Assembly: GCA_964016885.1 (NCBI GenBank)
Contig: OZ024755.1
Span: 4,092,001 to 4,156,000 of the forward strand
Source: Eledone cirrhosa
Taxonomy: Eukaryota
Direction: 5' to 3'
Length of the DNA: 64,000 nt
Part shown: positions 28,140 to 42,230 of the stretch, piece by piece
Position numbering within the stretch: the stretch's first letter is position 1
Layout of the letters: every line of letters begins with the position of its first letter
Notes under the pieces: generated by a model
Told to the model about the DNA's origin: nothing
Database searches by the model: none
The model's input: only the letters and a program-made list of their open reading frames with translations
Made by a program: the position numbers and the translations under genes

Positions 28140-29340
28140 TCACATGACAGGTGCAATGTGTCCGAACACAGAAGAGTCGAACTCCCACTGTCGTCGCCTC
28201 CATCTCTCTCGCCCTCCCCATCTCTGTGTATGGTGAGCAAATAGGGTCCCACGTGATGGCCGCCCCATAGCCCCGGCGGACAGAATGGAGAAGGTGTTTC
28301 CCCGGAGGATGGTAAGGGAGATGTGCTGGAAGAGCCATTCCATCTCGTGAGGCTCACACCTGCGGCTGGCCAACTCAGCGCCTATGGTGGTGAGTAGGGA
28401 GGTAGCCCTAGGGCCGAGGACACCAGAGGCTTCCACTGCTAGGAGTAGCCAGCTCAGCGTCTATGGTGGTGAGTAAGGAGGTAGCCCTAGGGCCAAGGGC
28501 ACCAGAAGTCTCCACTGCTACAGCTAACCAGCTAAGCACCTATGGTGGTGAATAGGGAGGTAGCCCGTGGGCCAAAGACACCAGAAGTCTCCACTGCTAC
28601 AGCTAACCAGCTCAGCGCCTATGGTGGTGATTAGGGAGGTAGCCCGTGGGCCAAAGACACCAGAAGTCTCCACTGCTACAGCTAACCAGCTAAGCACCTA
28701 TGGTGGTGAATAGGGAGGTAGCCCGTGGGCCAAAGACACCAGAAGTCTCCACTGCTACAGCTAACCAGCTCAGCGCCTATGGTGGTGAATAGGGAGGTAG
28801 CCCGTGGGCCAAAGACACCAGAAGTCTCCACTGCTACAGCTAACCAGCTCAGCGCCTATGGTGGTGAATAGGGAGGTAGCCCGTGGGCCAAAGACACCAG
28901 AAGTCTCCACTGCTACAGCTAACCAGCTCAGCGCCTATGGTGGTGAATATGGAGGTAGCCCGTGGGCCAAAGACACCAGAAGTCTCCACTGCTACAGCTA
29001 ACCAGCTCAGCGCCTATGGTGGTGAATAGGGAGGTAGCCCGTGGGCCAAAGACACCAGAAGTCTCCACTGCTACAGCTAACCAGCTCAGCGCCTATGGTG
29101 GTGATTAGGGAGGTAGCCCGTGGGCCAAAGACACCAGAAGTCTCCACTGCTACAGCTAACCAGCTCAGCGCCTATGGTGGTGAATAGGGAGGTAGCCCGT
29201 GGGCCAAAGACACCAGAAGTCTCCACTGCTACAGCTAACCAGCTCAGCACCTATGGTGGTGAATAGGGAGGTAGCCCTAGAGCCAAGGACACCAGAAGTC
29301 TCAACTGCCAAGGGCACGACCGCAAACCTGTCCGAGCGAG
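28140..29340 (-). mobile_element. RLE-type (CRE-like) non-LTR retrotransposon 3' fragment with a 79-bp tandem array (~12 copies, 28370-29310)
   Basis: SLSDRFAVVPLAVETSGVLG.RATSL.TTIGAEL...EMEWLFQ.ISL.ILRGN.FSILSAG, matching the recalled C-terminus after the restriction-like endonuclease in CRE-clade elements. Confidence 0.8.
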
Positions 29341-29652
29341 CGGCACTGTTTAGCTTTGTCTCTATTCAGACAGTGAGAAAACAGAAAATGACTGATTTAC
29401 CGGATGTAGAGCAAGCTGGACGGTTTAAGCTGTCGAACGAATGCGTAAGTGACAATTGTGTTTGTCTGACTCACACGGGGCAACGTAAGCTTTCACAATA
29501 ATCCGCTCTGTCCCGTCACATTCAAATATTAAACCCATGATCCCTTCCTTTCTTTCCGCTTTTGGCTTTTTTCTTCCATTTTTTTTTTTAATGTCTTATT
29601 TTCATGTCACTCTTATCTTCTGTTCCTCTCCAAATTCTTGTCACCATTTCAG

Positions 29653-29714
<62 letters not shown>

Positions 29715-29833
29715 CGCTTTATATATATGCATATATGTATGTATTTATGTATGTATGTATGTATGTGTGCATGTATATATATATATATATCTATGTGTGC
29801 ATGTATATATATATATATATCTATATGTGCGTA

Positions 29834-29975
<142 letters not shown>

Positions 29976-30235
29976 ATATATCAGAAACAAAAACATGCCT
30001 GAGGAATGTTGAGTATTTTATTTCTTTATATCTTAAATTGAGAAAGAAGAAAAGAAAGAATGTAAGATAGAGAGAAGGAGAGAGTGAAAGAGAGAGAAAC
30101 AGAGAGAGAGAGGGAGAGAGAAACAGAGAGAGATAGCGAGAGAAAGAGAGTGAAATCACGGAAGTTCAGCAATGTTGACAAAGATGTCACCATTTTATCT
30201 CTAATTTCATCTTAAGTTGGCGGCTTTATTTGGGG

Positions 30236-30948
30236 CGTGTCTTTTGTTGTTGTTGTTGGTGGTGGTGGTGTCTTTTGTTGTTGTTGTTGGTGGTGGTGGT
30301 GTCTTTTGTTGTTGGTGGTGGTAGTGGTGGTGTCTTTTGTTATTGTTGGTGGTGGTGTCTTTTGTTGTTGGTGGTGGTGGTGTATTTTGTTGTTGTTGGT
30401 GGTGGTGTATTTTGTTGTTGTTGGTGGTGGTGTATTTTGTTGTTGGTGGTGGTGGTGTCTTTTGTTGTTGTTCGTAGGGGTGGTGGTGGTGGTGGGTTGT
30501 CATTTGTTGTTGTTTTATTAGTTGGTAGTTTGTCTATAGCTGTTGTTGTTATTGTTAAAGCTGTCATCGTAGTCTATTTTGTACAGAAGTATACAAAGGA
30601 ACTAATATTTAGTAGTAGTGGTGGTGGTGGCAGTGGTGGTAGTAGTAGTAGTAGTGGTGGTGGCAGCGGTGGTAATAGTAGTGGTGGTGGTAGTGGTGGT
30701 GGTGGTGGTGGTGGTGGCAGTGGTGGTAGTAGTAGTAGTAGTGGTAGTAGTAGTAGTGGTGGTGGTGGCAGTGGTGGTGGTGGTGGTGGTGGTGGTGGTG
30801 GTGGTGGTGGTAATGGTAGTAGTGGTGGTGGTGGTGGCGGTGGTGGTAATGGTAGTAGTAGTGGTGGTGGTGGCAGTGGTGGTAGTAATAGTGGTGGTGG
30901 TGGTAGTGGTGGTGGTGGCAGTGGTAGTAGTAGTGGTGGCAGTGGTGG
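30236..30948. repeat. GGT/GTT/AGT low-complexity arrays
   Basis: Direct reading. Confidence 0.9.
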
Positions 30949-31058
30949 TCTAGAAGGTGTCCTGATATTTTGTGAGTCAAAATGACCTGACTCACCACTA
31001 AATATATTTTCCATGGTTTTCTGTTCCTATCTATAACTGAGAGACTGTCACTCATTGC

Positions 31059-31101
<43 letters not shown>

Positions 31102-31399
31102 AGTGTGTACGTATGTGAGCGTGTATATGTATGTGTTTGAGACTGTCACTATGTATGTGTTTGTATATATATGCATGTGTGTGTGTATGTGTGTGTATGT
31201 GTTTACGATGTAATTTGATGCTTCTGTTGCCATGGTACTTAGTTGCTGTTGTTTATCTACAGATCAGGCCTGATCGAGTAGACATATGATCAAAGGCATT
31301 CCCGCCATGGCCATCTTCCTAAATTATCGTTTGTATAGTATAGCTCTATCAAACCTCATAACCAGTGAAGTGAGACGTAGCGTGTCTACTTAGAGGTGG

Positions 31400-32100
31400 G
31401 CTTTTGGTCTGTAAAGAAGCTCAAAGTTTTCCAACAAAGAGACCTCTGAACATCACTTATGGCGACCTGATTATTAATGTAGAAGTGCTGAAGAGAAACA
31501 GAGGAGTAAGCAGTCGTATAGAATCAATAGAACATCTGACTGATAAAATGACGAGTCAGTCAACCATATTGGTGGCCTCCCCACAGCCCCGGCCGACAGA
31601 ATGGAGAAGGCGTTTCCCCGGAGGACGGCAAGGGAGACGCGCTGGAAAAGCCATTCCAACTCGCGAGGCTCACACCTGCGGCGGGCCAGCTCAGCGCCTA
31701 TGGTGGTGAGTAGGGAGGTAGCCCTAGGGCCGAGGACACCAGAAGTCTCTACTGCTACAGGTAGCCGGCTCTGTACCTATGGTGGTGAGTAGGGAGGTAG
31801 CCCTAGGGCCGAGGACACCAGAAGTCTCCACTGCCAAGGGTACGATCGCAAACCTGTCGGAGAGCGACCGGTATTTAAACAGGGGATACTGACTGACACA
31901 ATCACTGAAAGGTGACTGAAATTGGCTGGACACATACTGCGCATGTCTGAGTACCGGAATCTCTCTGTGGCAATGAGATGGACCCTAGTTAGTGGTAAGC
32001 GGTGGTAAGCAGAAAAAAGGGAGACCCAAGGGAAAACGTGACACTCAACTTTCAAAGAAGATCTCCAGAGGATTTGACTGGACTGGGAAACTACTAGAGA
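31400..32100 (+). mobile_element. RTE LINE fragment interrupted by CRE-like insert
   Basis: LKVFQQR..NITYGDLIINVEVLKR resumes after 31880 as LTDTITER*LKLAGHILRM..MRWT..KGRPR. Confidence 0.7.
31510..31880 (-). mobile_element. CRE-like 3' fragment carrying two copies of the 79-bp unit
   Basis: KYRSLSDRFAIVPLAVETSGVLGPRATSLLTTIG...EWLFQRVSLAVLRGNAFSILSAG. Confidence 0.8.
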
Positions 32101-32751
32101 AGACTCAATGTCCAATATACCCCGGGACATAGAAGGACCTAAGACTAAGGCTGGTTTACTCTGTCGAGAAAGTTTTAACAACAGCTTACATCTAATCGAT
32201 TTCACTGACAATGATTGGATCGATCTGAGGCTATTGTAGAAGTAGAAGCCTCTTGATGTCACCTCGAGATGTCGCGCAGTCGGGGTTGACTGCGGGTCAT
32301 CATTATCACAAAACGAACTTATTAACCTCATAGCTGGGGAGTTTAACCCTGCCATGGACTGGCGTCCTGTCCAAGTGGAAGTATTGTACTCTAGTAGCAG
32401 CAGTAGTATTAGTAGTAGTAGTAGTAGTAGTTAGTATCTAGCCTGGCTTAAATTATTTAAGTTTTGTTTGTTTTTTGGTGGGGGAGGGGGGGGAAGGAAT
32501 CATTACATTGACAGACAGCTGCCGAAAGGTCCATATTAATAAACAACATCATCATCACCATCACCTTCATCATCATTATCATCATCACCATCGTCGTCGT
32601 CGTCGTCACCATCACCATCTTCATCACCATCACCACCATCATCATCAACAACAACACCGAGCTGAGCTGGATATAAATAATTGTTGGATGAAATATTCGC
32701 CTGAAACAAGCAGCAATGACACATCCATTGAAGAATGTGTGTCGTCGTTGT

Positions 32752-32990
32752 CCTCCCCGCCGCCATCAAACCTATCCAAGCCCCAACCCTCGTCCCCCCC
32801 GCCGCCATCAAACCTATCCAAGCCCCAACCCTCGTCCTCCCCCCGCCGCCATCAAACCTATCCAAGCCCCAACCCTCGTCCTCCCCCGCCGCCATCAAAC
32901 CTATCCAAGCCCCAACTCTCGCCCTCCCCCGCCGCCACCAACCCTATCCAAGCCCCAGCCCTCGCCCTCCCCGCCGCCACCAACCCTCAC
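32752..32990. repeat. ~41-bp GC-rich minisatellite CCGCCGCCATCAAACCTATCCAAGCCCCAACCCTCG(TCC)
   Basis: About 5.5 tandem copies. Confidence 0.9.
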
Positions 32991-33694
32991 GTTACCTCTA
33001 GTGTTGTTAGTTAACCTTCCATACCAATCCTTACCACATCAGCAGCCAGTGGTATTAACGACGGATATTTAATCCACCGTACACATAACATACACATACA
33101 TATATATATACACACACATATATATATACACACACACACACAGACATACACACATAGACATACACACATAGACATACACACATAGACATACACACTTAGA
33201 CATACACGCACATACACAGAGAGAGAGACTCACAGACAGACACACACTCATACATGTATTTAAACACGGCCTAATGCACTCGCCCTGTGTTATCTGTTCC
33301 CTTTTATTGTCGTGTTACAGCTTTACCTCCCACCCCTACCCCTACCACACCACCCTACCCCTACCACCCCAGCCCCACCCTACCCCTACTATACCCACGT
33401 CCCCTCTCAGCCGCCTCTGTCGATATTCCTTCTTCCCTTCCTTTCCTAAGAATAAGAGACATTCCTCCACCCTTGTATGTAAGAATAAAGACAAAGAACT
33501 TCACTAGCGGGGCACCACACCCATATTTACATCTAAACGGATGACTGCACCGACAGACAGACGAAGACGATGAAACGAGCTGTTGCATGGCTGAGGGTGG
33601 TGAGGTAGGGGTAAGACAAACATACACAACAGGAGTCGCTACTGGAAAATACAGATTATAATAAAGTTTAACCGATGATATTATATAAATTACG

Positions 33695-33885
33695 AGTGGT
33701 GGATTGGCAGTATCGGTAGAGGGTCGGACACCATGCTTTGACGCATAGTGTTACGGCCCTTTATGGTCTGAGTTCAATCCCACCGAGGTTAACTTCGCCT
33801 TTCATCCTTATGGGGTCGATAAAATAAAGTACCAGTAATACACTGGGGTAATTGCTGGCCTTGTGCCAAAAGTAGAAGCAATTAT
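33695..33885 (+). mobile_element. Nin-domain SINE, full length, flanked by direct repeat ATTATATAAATTACGA
   Basis: Consensus match; ~16-bp target-site duplication on both sides. Confidence 0.9.
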
Positions 33886-34330
33886 ATAAATTACGAACTC
33901 GAGAGCCAACGGGGGTGTGGAGGTACCGTGGACTCTTTTTGGTCGGTCACATGACTTGCTAGAAATAGCAGCGAAACATGCCTCAAATTAAACCACAATA
34001 CGGGTGGGTAGATTTGAACTTTGACAGTGGAAAACAAAACAAGATATTCGTACTTTAACCTGTTAGATAAAAAGGAACGTTGCTGCCCTCAGTTTAGAAA
34101 TAAACATTTCTAGGTCAAATCGAATCTGTTGATGTAATTAGAAACAAAACCGATTAAACAGTAAAGTAGATTTAAATATGTTAAATAAAAGTCTTTCTTC
34201 GGTAGAGAGGCGATGGTGAAGCCAAGAAGTTATAATCTTAACAGTAATTCATCTCACATATTTGGACATTGGACGTATGGACCCGTAACTGCTGATAAAG
34301 TCATAGTGACGCCATATTGACGTATGTGAA

Positions 34331-34470
34331 GGCGCATGGCTTAGTGGTTAGAGAATTGGGCTTGCAATCGAAAGGTTGTGAGTTCAATTCTCGGACCGGG
34401 TGATGTGTTGTTTCCTTGAGCAAGACACTTTATTTCACGTAGCTCCAGTTTACTCAGCTGTAGAAATGAG
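34331..34470 (+). mobile_element. CORE-like tRNA-derived SINE (second copy 44677-44790)
   Basis: A box TGGCTTAGTGG, B box GAGTTCAATTC, then TTGAGCAAGACACTT..ACTCAGCTGTAGAAATG. Confidence 0.75.
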
Positions 34471-34729
34471 ATGATAGGTCTGGGGTCCCTATCATTAAAT
34501 TACCCAAGACACCTCCAACGAGATATACCTTGAAGGAGGCCTGCAAAACCTGCATCGGTGTGAGCTGTAACAACAACAACAACAACATATTGACATACGA
34601 CGTTTCTAGGGAATTTTTAAACCTGACAGAACCCATCACCTCTCCTGGTCTGAATACAGCAGATTTCCACCAGAGGAGGATAGAGAGAATGAGATAGAAT
34701 GGAAGTGAAAAAGAGATATAGAGGAAGAA

Positions 34730-34888
34730 TTGACCCCAGTACTAGACTGGTACTTTTTTATCGACCATAAATGGATGAAAGGTAAAGTTGACCTCGGCGA
34801 GATTTGAACTCAAAGAGCAGAGTGCCGGAACAAATACTACAAAGCATTCTATCCGACATTCTAAAAACTCTGACAATTCGCCGCCTAT
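34730..34888 (-). mobile_element. Older Nin-domain SINE subfamily (related copies 35505-35662 +, 60168-60280 +)
   Basis: GATGAAAGGTAAAGTTGACCTCGGCG.GATTTGAACTC core. Confidence 0.7.
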
Positions 34889-36584
34889 ATTTGGACATTA
34901 AACACTCTGTGATATTTAGTTCTACGCACCATTGTATCAACTAGTTCGATCATTTCTATATAAACAATATTTTTCACAAATAATCAGTATTTGCAGTCTT
35001 TTGGTCTCTATTTTTTTCTAACTTGATATTGTTCCCTTCTTTTTATCTTTCAACGTGATACATTTTTTTATCAGATAAAACTCCATTACCTTATCATGAC
35101 AATTCACGAAGACGTTTCATCAATTATCTGGAGACGACAAACTGTTGATTCTCACTACGAAATACTAAAATCTATTTCTTTTACTAAATTAGTAATTCAA
35201 GATTATTCAGAGTTCCTAGATCTATATCATTTGGCCCAAACATTCTTTTAGTACACTATCTACTTGCTACAACTAAATAACAACCTTCGTTTATCCTTTG
35301 TACGTCATCTGTTTTGGTTGAGGTGCTTCTGCTCGGTAGGTGTTTCCTGGGTCTGAAGCATATTGAGGTGGTCTGTAGTAATTTTAAGCTGTGTGTATGT
35401 ATGTATGTATGTAGAGCATGTCTATGACTCAATCTACTGTCGCCCTACTTCTTCCCTGGCTCCAAAGTCCAAGCCCTTGGTGCCATAGACCTGTAGGTTT
35501 GACTAGCCAGTTGGTAGAAGTCGTTAGAACGTTGGATAGAATGTTTGTGGTATTCGTTCCGACTCTCTGCTCTCTGAGTTCAAATCCCACCGAGGTCAAC
35601 TTTATCTTTCATCCTTTCGAGGTCGATATAAAAAGTACCAGTCAAGTACTGGGGTTGATTTTTCCTCTATATCACTTCCTCGCTTCCTCAGTATCACTCT
35701 TTTTATTTTTCTCTGAAGGAAATATATTGTTCACCAACAACACCAACACTAAAAACATCAACAACATCATCAACAACACCACCGACACCACCACCACCAC
35801 CACCAACAACAACAACACTAAAAACACCACCAAAACCAACATCAGCAACAACACTAAAAGAAACAACAACATTACCACCAACAACAACAACACCAATAAC
35901 AACACCAACACCACCAACAACACCACCAACAACACCACCACCATCAATACCACCACCAACAACAACACCATCAACACCACCACCATCACCACCAACAACA
36001 ACAATACAAGACATTAGGCCTATATAAGAAATCAATATACACTCAGCCTTACAAATACATTTTAACCACGTCTCTTCTTCAGGGTCGACACTGATGTTGC
36101 CATAACAACATATGATGGATGCACTCTCTATTGTCTTCCTTATTTCATGCCTTTTCCCAAATCAATCAAGTTCTTACATCTCTCATTTGATTCCTTTCAC
36201 ATGTCCATCTATCATTATGTCGATTGATTCTCACTTGATGCTAAAATTAGTCAAAAAATGTTAAATCCAAAATAGAAAAAAAATTATCTTCCGTGATTTC
36301 GTTTCGCTCGTTTTGTTTTGTCTGTTTTGTTTGTTTTAATAAAATGTACCACTTTTCTGTTTCGCCTATTTATTTCTTAATCTCTTTCTGAACATTTTAA
36401 TCTTTCAATAAATACAGAGACAGCATTCCTTAAATTTATAGATTTAAGCCCTACTATCTGTTTAAAATCTCTGATCTTTTGTATCAAGTCTCCCATCCAA
36501 GCACCTTCCTCTCTTTCTCTCTCTCTATCTATCCATCTATCTATCTATCTATCTCTTTCCATCTATCTATGTATACATACATAC

Positions 36585-36666
<82 letters not shown>

Positions 36667-36705
36667 ATATATATATATGTATAGATATATATATATATCT
36701 ATCTA

Positions 36706-36795
<90 letters not shown>

Positions 36796-37309
36796 ATGTG
36801 TGTGTGTATGTATGTATGTATATATATATCCAACTCTTTTCTATCTATCTATCTCTCTCTCTATCTCTCTCTCTATCTATCTCTCTCTCTATCTATCTTG
36901 CCTGTTTCTCTCTCGACTTCATTCTCTCTCAATTTTCTATCTTCTCACTATCTCTCTCCCCCTCACCCTATCTCCCCCTCTCTCCCTCACCCACACTTTC
37001 CCTTTTTATCTCCCCTCTTCTATTGTCTCTTACTCCCTTATTCCTAATGCCCTTCTCTTTCCGTCCCTTGTCCCCTTTTTTCTTCCTTTTCTACTTTCCT
37101 CCTCCTCCTACCACCGTACCCCACCCCACCTTATATTTCTATCTCTATATCTTCCCCCTTCCCCTACCTCACACTTCTACCCAGTCTCCATCTTTACACC
37201 ATATATTCACATTAGATGCCAGTTTTCTCAATTGTTCTATTATTTTGTCTCTATACCAAACAGAAAACGATGAGTTAGCAGAATTAGAAAATAAAAAAAC
37301 TGTTGGTGC

Positions 37310-37908
37310 AGGTTTACAAGATTTCACAGGTTTTCGCAGGTTTTGTACAAGATTGCACAGGTTTTCACAGGTTTTCACGGTTTTTCACGGGTTTTTACAA
37401 GATTTCACAGGTTTTCACAGGTTTTTTCAGGATTTCACAGGTTTTTACAATATTTCACAGGTTTTTACAGGATTTCACAGGTTTTTACAGGTTTTCACAG
37501 GTTTTTACAGGATTTCACAGGTTTTTACAGGATTTCACTGGTTTTTACAGGATTTCACAGGTTTTTACAGGATTTCACAGGTTTTCACGGGTTTTCATAA
37601 GTTTTTTCAGGATTTCACAGGTTTTCACGGGTTTTCACAGGTTTTTTCAGGATTTCACAGGTTTTTACAAGATTTCACAGGTTTTCACAGGTTTTTACAG
37701 GATTTCACAGGTTTTCACGGGTTTTCACATGTTTTTTCAGGATTTCACAGGTTTTCACGGGTTTTCATAGTTTTTTTCAGGATTTCATAGGTTTTCACAG
37801 TATTTCATAGGTTTTCACAGGATTTCACAGGTTTTCACAGGTTTTTAGAGGTTTTCACAGTTTTCATAGCATTCCACAGGTTTTTACAGGTTTTTATGGG
37901 TTTTTACT
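37310..37908. repeat. 10-bp minisatellite G(A/T)TTT(C/T)ACAG
   Basis: ~60 degenerate tandem units. Confidence 0.95.
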
Positions 37909-37995
37909 TTCGTCTGAAACAGTTCTGAGTTCAAAATCTCGCCACAGTCGAATAGAATAAGTATCACTTCTAGCATGTCAAGTAATAACGTAGAG

Positions 37996-38142
37996 CAGTG
38001 GTTCCCAGAGAGGGTTCCACACAGGAGTATCTGGGGTTCTATGAAAAAAGGTAGAGGAGTATATTACGACCATATAACAGTATTAGACATTGGGGTGCCC
38101 CCAAAAAAGAGTTCTGCGTTTGAAAAAGTTTAGGAAACCCTG
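37996..38142. mobile_element. hAT (Charlie-type) MITE
   Basis: Termini CAGTGGTTCCC / GGAAACCCTG with imperfect 8-bp TSD ACGTAGAG / GCGTAGGG. Confidence 0.65.
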
Positions 38143-38884
38143 GCGTAGGGAGTTCCTTGTTAGGGCAGTGGTGATTGTGGAAAAAGTGAAGGGATAACTA
38201 TTACAGAAGATTCAGCTGTCGTGATTATAAATTAGTTTTAGATTTACTATCCTGCATTAATGGCACAGCTGTTGTGGGGCCGTCAGTTTTTTTTTTCTGC
38301 TTCATAAAGGTTCATTTTCATCTCTGGCCATTAGATTTCCAGAATAAAAATGGAGGGATCAATGCCTTTATTTCATTCTTTCTTTCTTCATCTCTTTATC
38401 TCTTTCCTTCCTTCCTTCATTCATTCCTTCTCTCTTTCCTTATATATCTCTACATTAACGTTGCATTTGTCTTTTCTTTTTGTTTGTTTTTTAATGTTTT
38501 TGTTGTTGTTGTCTTTTATTTGTTTATGTTTTGTTTTTGTCTAAATATTGTTATTGTTGTTATTGTTATTATTGTCTTTAGTTTTATTATTGTTGTTTCT
38601 TTTAGTTTTATTCCTCGGTGCAGCTGTTTCAGTTCTTTAAAAAACTTGAAACATCACAAAACGCCACATTGATTCTTTCATTCATTACCAAGTATAATAA
38701 ACAATAACTAAACAACAACATCAAGAGATTGTTCTGTTCAACATTGGTAATGCATATTTTACCATTCTACACATGTTTTCTGAGTGAGTCTTGTTTTAAT
38801 ACCTCTGAGAGAAGCAACGGAACAATTTGGAGAGAGGGGGGGGGCTATTGACGATTACAGTTATATACATATATATATATATAT

Positions 38885-39700
38885 ATATATGGTAGATATA
38901 CATATATAAACATATATATATACATATATAAACACATACACACAAAAAAAAATATATATATATATATGTGGTAGATATACATATATAAACATATACATAT
39001 ACATATATAAACACATACACACACACACATATATATATGGTAGATATACATATATAAACATATACATATATAAACACAAACACACACATATATATGGTAG
39101 ATATACATATATAAACATATACATATACATATATAAACACATACACACACACATATATATATGGTAGATATACATATATAAACATATACATATATAAACA
39201 CATACACACATATATATAAAGTATATATGGAAGATATTCATGCATAAACATATAACATACATAAACACATACACACACACATATATATATATGGTAGATA
39301 TACATACATAAACATATACAAATATAAACACATACACACAATTACACACACATATATATATATGCTTAACGTAGACATACATAAACTCATACATACAGTC
39401 ACAACACAGTCACAGAAGTCACAACACAGTCACAACACAGTCACAGCAGTCACAACACAGTCACAACACAGTCACAGAAGTCACAACACAGTCACAGAAG
39501 TCACAACACAGTCACAGCAGTCACAACACAGTCACAACAGTCACAACACAGTCACACCACAGTCACAACAGTCACAACAGTCACAACACAATCACAACAG
39601 TCACAACAGTCACAACACAATCACAACAGCCACAACACAGTCACAACACAGTCACACCACAGTCACAACAGTCACAACACAGTCACAACAGTCACAACAC
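38885..39700. repeat. Two adjacent minisatellites: GGTAGATATACATATATAAAC.. (38885-39340) and CAGTCACAA(CA) (39396-39700)
   Basis: Direct reading. Confidence 0.9.
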
Positions 39701-39855
39701 ATTGTACACTTAAAACATAGTAACACCGAAATACAGGAATATAAGATTTTTTAAATAAATTATGAAGTTGTCCAGATTTTGTTTTGGCATTCATTTTGAA
39801 TTTTGTTGTGTTTGTTTGTATATTTGAATGTGTATGTGAGTTTAAGCGTATGTGT

Positions 39856-39955
<100 letters not shown>

Positions 39956-40404
39956 ACATGTATATGTGAGGGGTGCGTTGGTGTATGTGCGTATCAATGT
40001 ATGTGCATGCATATGTGCATATGTCAATGTGTGTGCATGTGTATGTGTATTTCTGTCAGTGCTGATTTTCAGTGTTAAGGCGAAATAGTCGGAAGCCTGC
40101 ACAGGCAACAGATGGTGAATTTTTTTACTGTCGGTCTTCCTCTACAACTGTGGTGGGCAGGGCGGCAGGCAGAAGGGGCTGGGGCAGCAGGCAGCGGGGG
40201 GGGGGGGGCAGTGGGGGGAAGCAAGCAGTGGGATGGGGTGGGGGAGATCCACTGGGACAGTTCTTGTCTTCTGTTCCTAAAACATTCATTTATTCGGTAT
40301 TCCTCAAATTTCACTTCAACCAACGATAGAAAATAATTATATATGAGGTGGGAGAGGGGGATGTCGTGGAATTTCCGAGGAAATTATATATATACATGTA
40401 TGGT

Positions 40405-40459
<55 letters not shown>

Positions 40460-40555
40460 TGATGAGCAGAACAAACAAACATTAAACAATCCTTTAAATA
40501 AATTAAAAAATGATTTAAATATCTATGGGTACTTAGTACTCAGTGAGATATTTAC

Positions 40556-40594
<39 letters not shown>

Positions 40595-40744
40595 TAAAAC
40601 AGAAAACAAAAACAATAGCGAAGAGTGCAGCACAAGGTGTTAATATTAGGTTCACGCTTATACCTACCCCCCACTCTCCTGAGCGTGAATTTAATAAACA
40701 TTTATCGTACTGCCTCTCTGTTCTGTCCCTGTTCAATTTTTCAT

Positions 40745-40798
<54 letters not shown>

Positions 40799-40825
40799 TT
40801 CATTTTATTAAGACTAAATATTGAG

Positions 40826-40875
40826 TCTTGTTACTCTGGGATTTCGCATGTTTATCACAGGGTCATCAGACAAGA
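40826..40875 (-). ncRNA. Type I hammerhead motif in TA-embedded element
   Basis: TCTTGT-CTGATGA-CCCTGTGATAAACATGC-GAAA-TCCCAGAG-TA-ACAAGA: perfect 6-bp stem I and GUA site; stems II/III weak. Confidence 0.65.
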
Positions 40876-41050
40876 GATAGCCTTAATAAAATGAATAACA
40901 AAACTTTACTTCGGTATTGAGTACTCATATCTCTCAACCGTCCACTACACACAGATATATATATTTAATATGTAAATGGCTTCATACATATGTACAGATA
41001 GATAGATAGAAAGAAAGATATATATATATATATATACATACATATATATA

Positions 41051-41108
<58 letters not shown>

Positions 41109-41128
41109 TATATCTATCTATATATATC

Positions 41129-41159
<31 letters not shown>

Positions 41160-41276
41160 CAACTAGAAATTTCTAGTTGATATAAAATGCTCGGATCTAT
41201 TCATTGGAATCTTTGAGCATATTCTGCAGTGGATATGGCGCATGTCTCTCAGACATGACACCCTTAATTTAATTTT

Positions 41277-41335
<59 letters not shown>

Positions 41336-41858
41336 TGTGTTTATTGGAAAGTATAAAACAAATTTAAAAACGAACAAACTTACAAACAGTATAGAACTTA
41401 ACATTTTGTCATTAAGTGAGGCCATGCTGGAGCAACGCCTTCATATAATCGATCGTACCACACCCAACACGATTTCTTCCAATTAGCAACAGTTCTAAAG
41501 ATTTCCGAAAAATTAAATTTAAATTGAAATTGAAACATTGAAACAATGTAGGAAGTTTAGAAAACAAGAATAACAAAATTGACTTTCGTTTAAACAAAAA
41601 AATATTTATGTGAAAATTGCAAACGATGGTTTTAAACAATAATGATTAATTTATAATTAAAAGCAATCGTTGGTGAACATTTAAAATACATTAGTTAAAT
41701 AAAAGTGGAGAAAGAAATTTATTTAAAAGAACCCAAAATAGCGAAACGTTTTGTTATACATATGAACACCTTGCATTAAACTTAGATTCTTTCTGATGAA
41801 TATAACCGAAGGTAAAGTGCATTAAATTTAGTACACACACACTCACCCACACACAATC

Positions 41859-41944
<86 letters not shown>

Positions 41945-42230
41945 TCACATACACACACACACACACATACACACACATATATATGGATGTATGTCTATAT
42001 TGATTTATCCATATATATACATATATATATATCCATACATATATATATCCATATATATATATATATATCCATATATATATATATATATATATCCATATAT
42101 ATATCCATGTATATATATATCCATATATATATATCCATATATATATATATATCCATATATATATATCCATATATATATATATATATATATATATAAATCA
42201 AAGGAGAGAGATAAATTAAAAACAAAAGTA

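Noticed and set aside
28370-29310. CRISPR-like regular array
   Set aside because: Units are contiguous with no unique spacers; the sequence derives from a retrotransposon ORF
36798-37790. 330-aa ORF
   Set aside because: Made of CT-rich tracts and the 10-bp minisatellite
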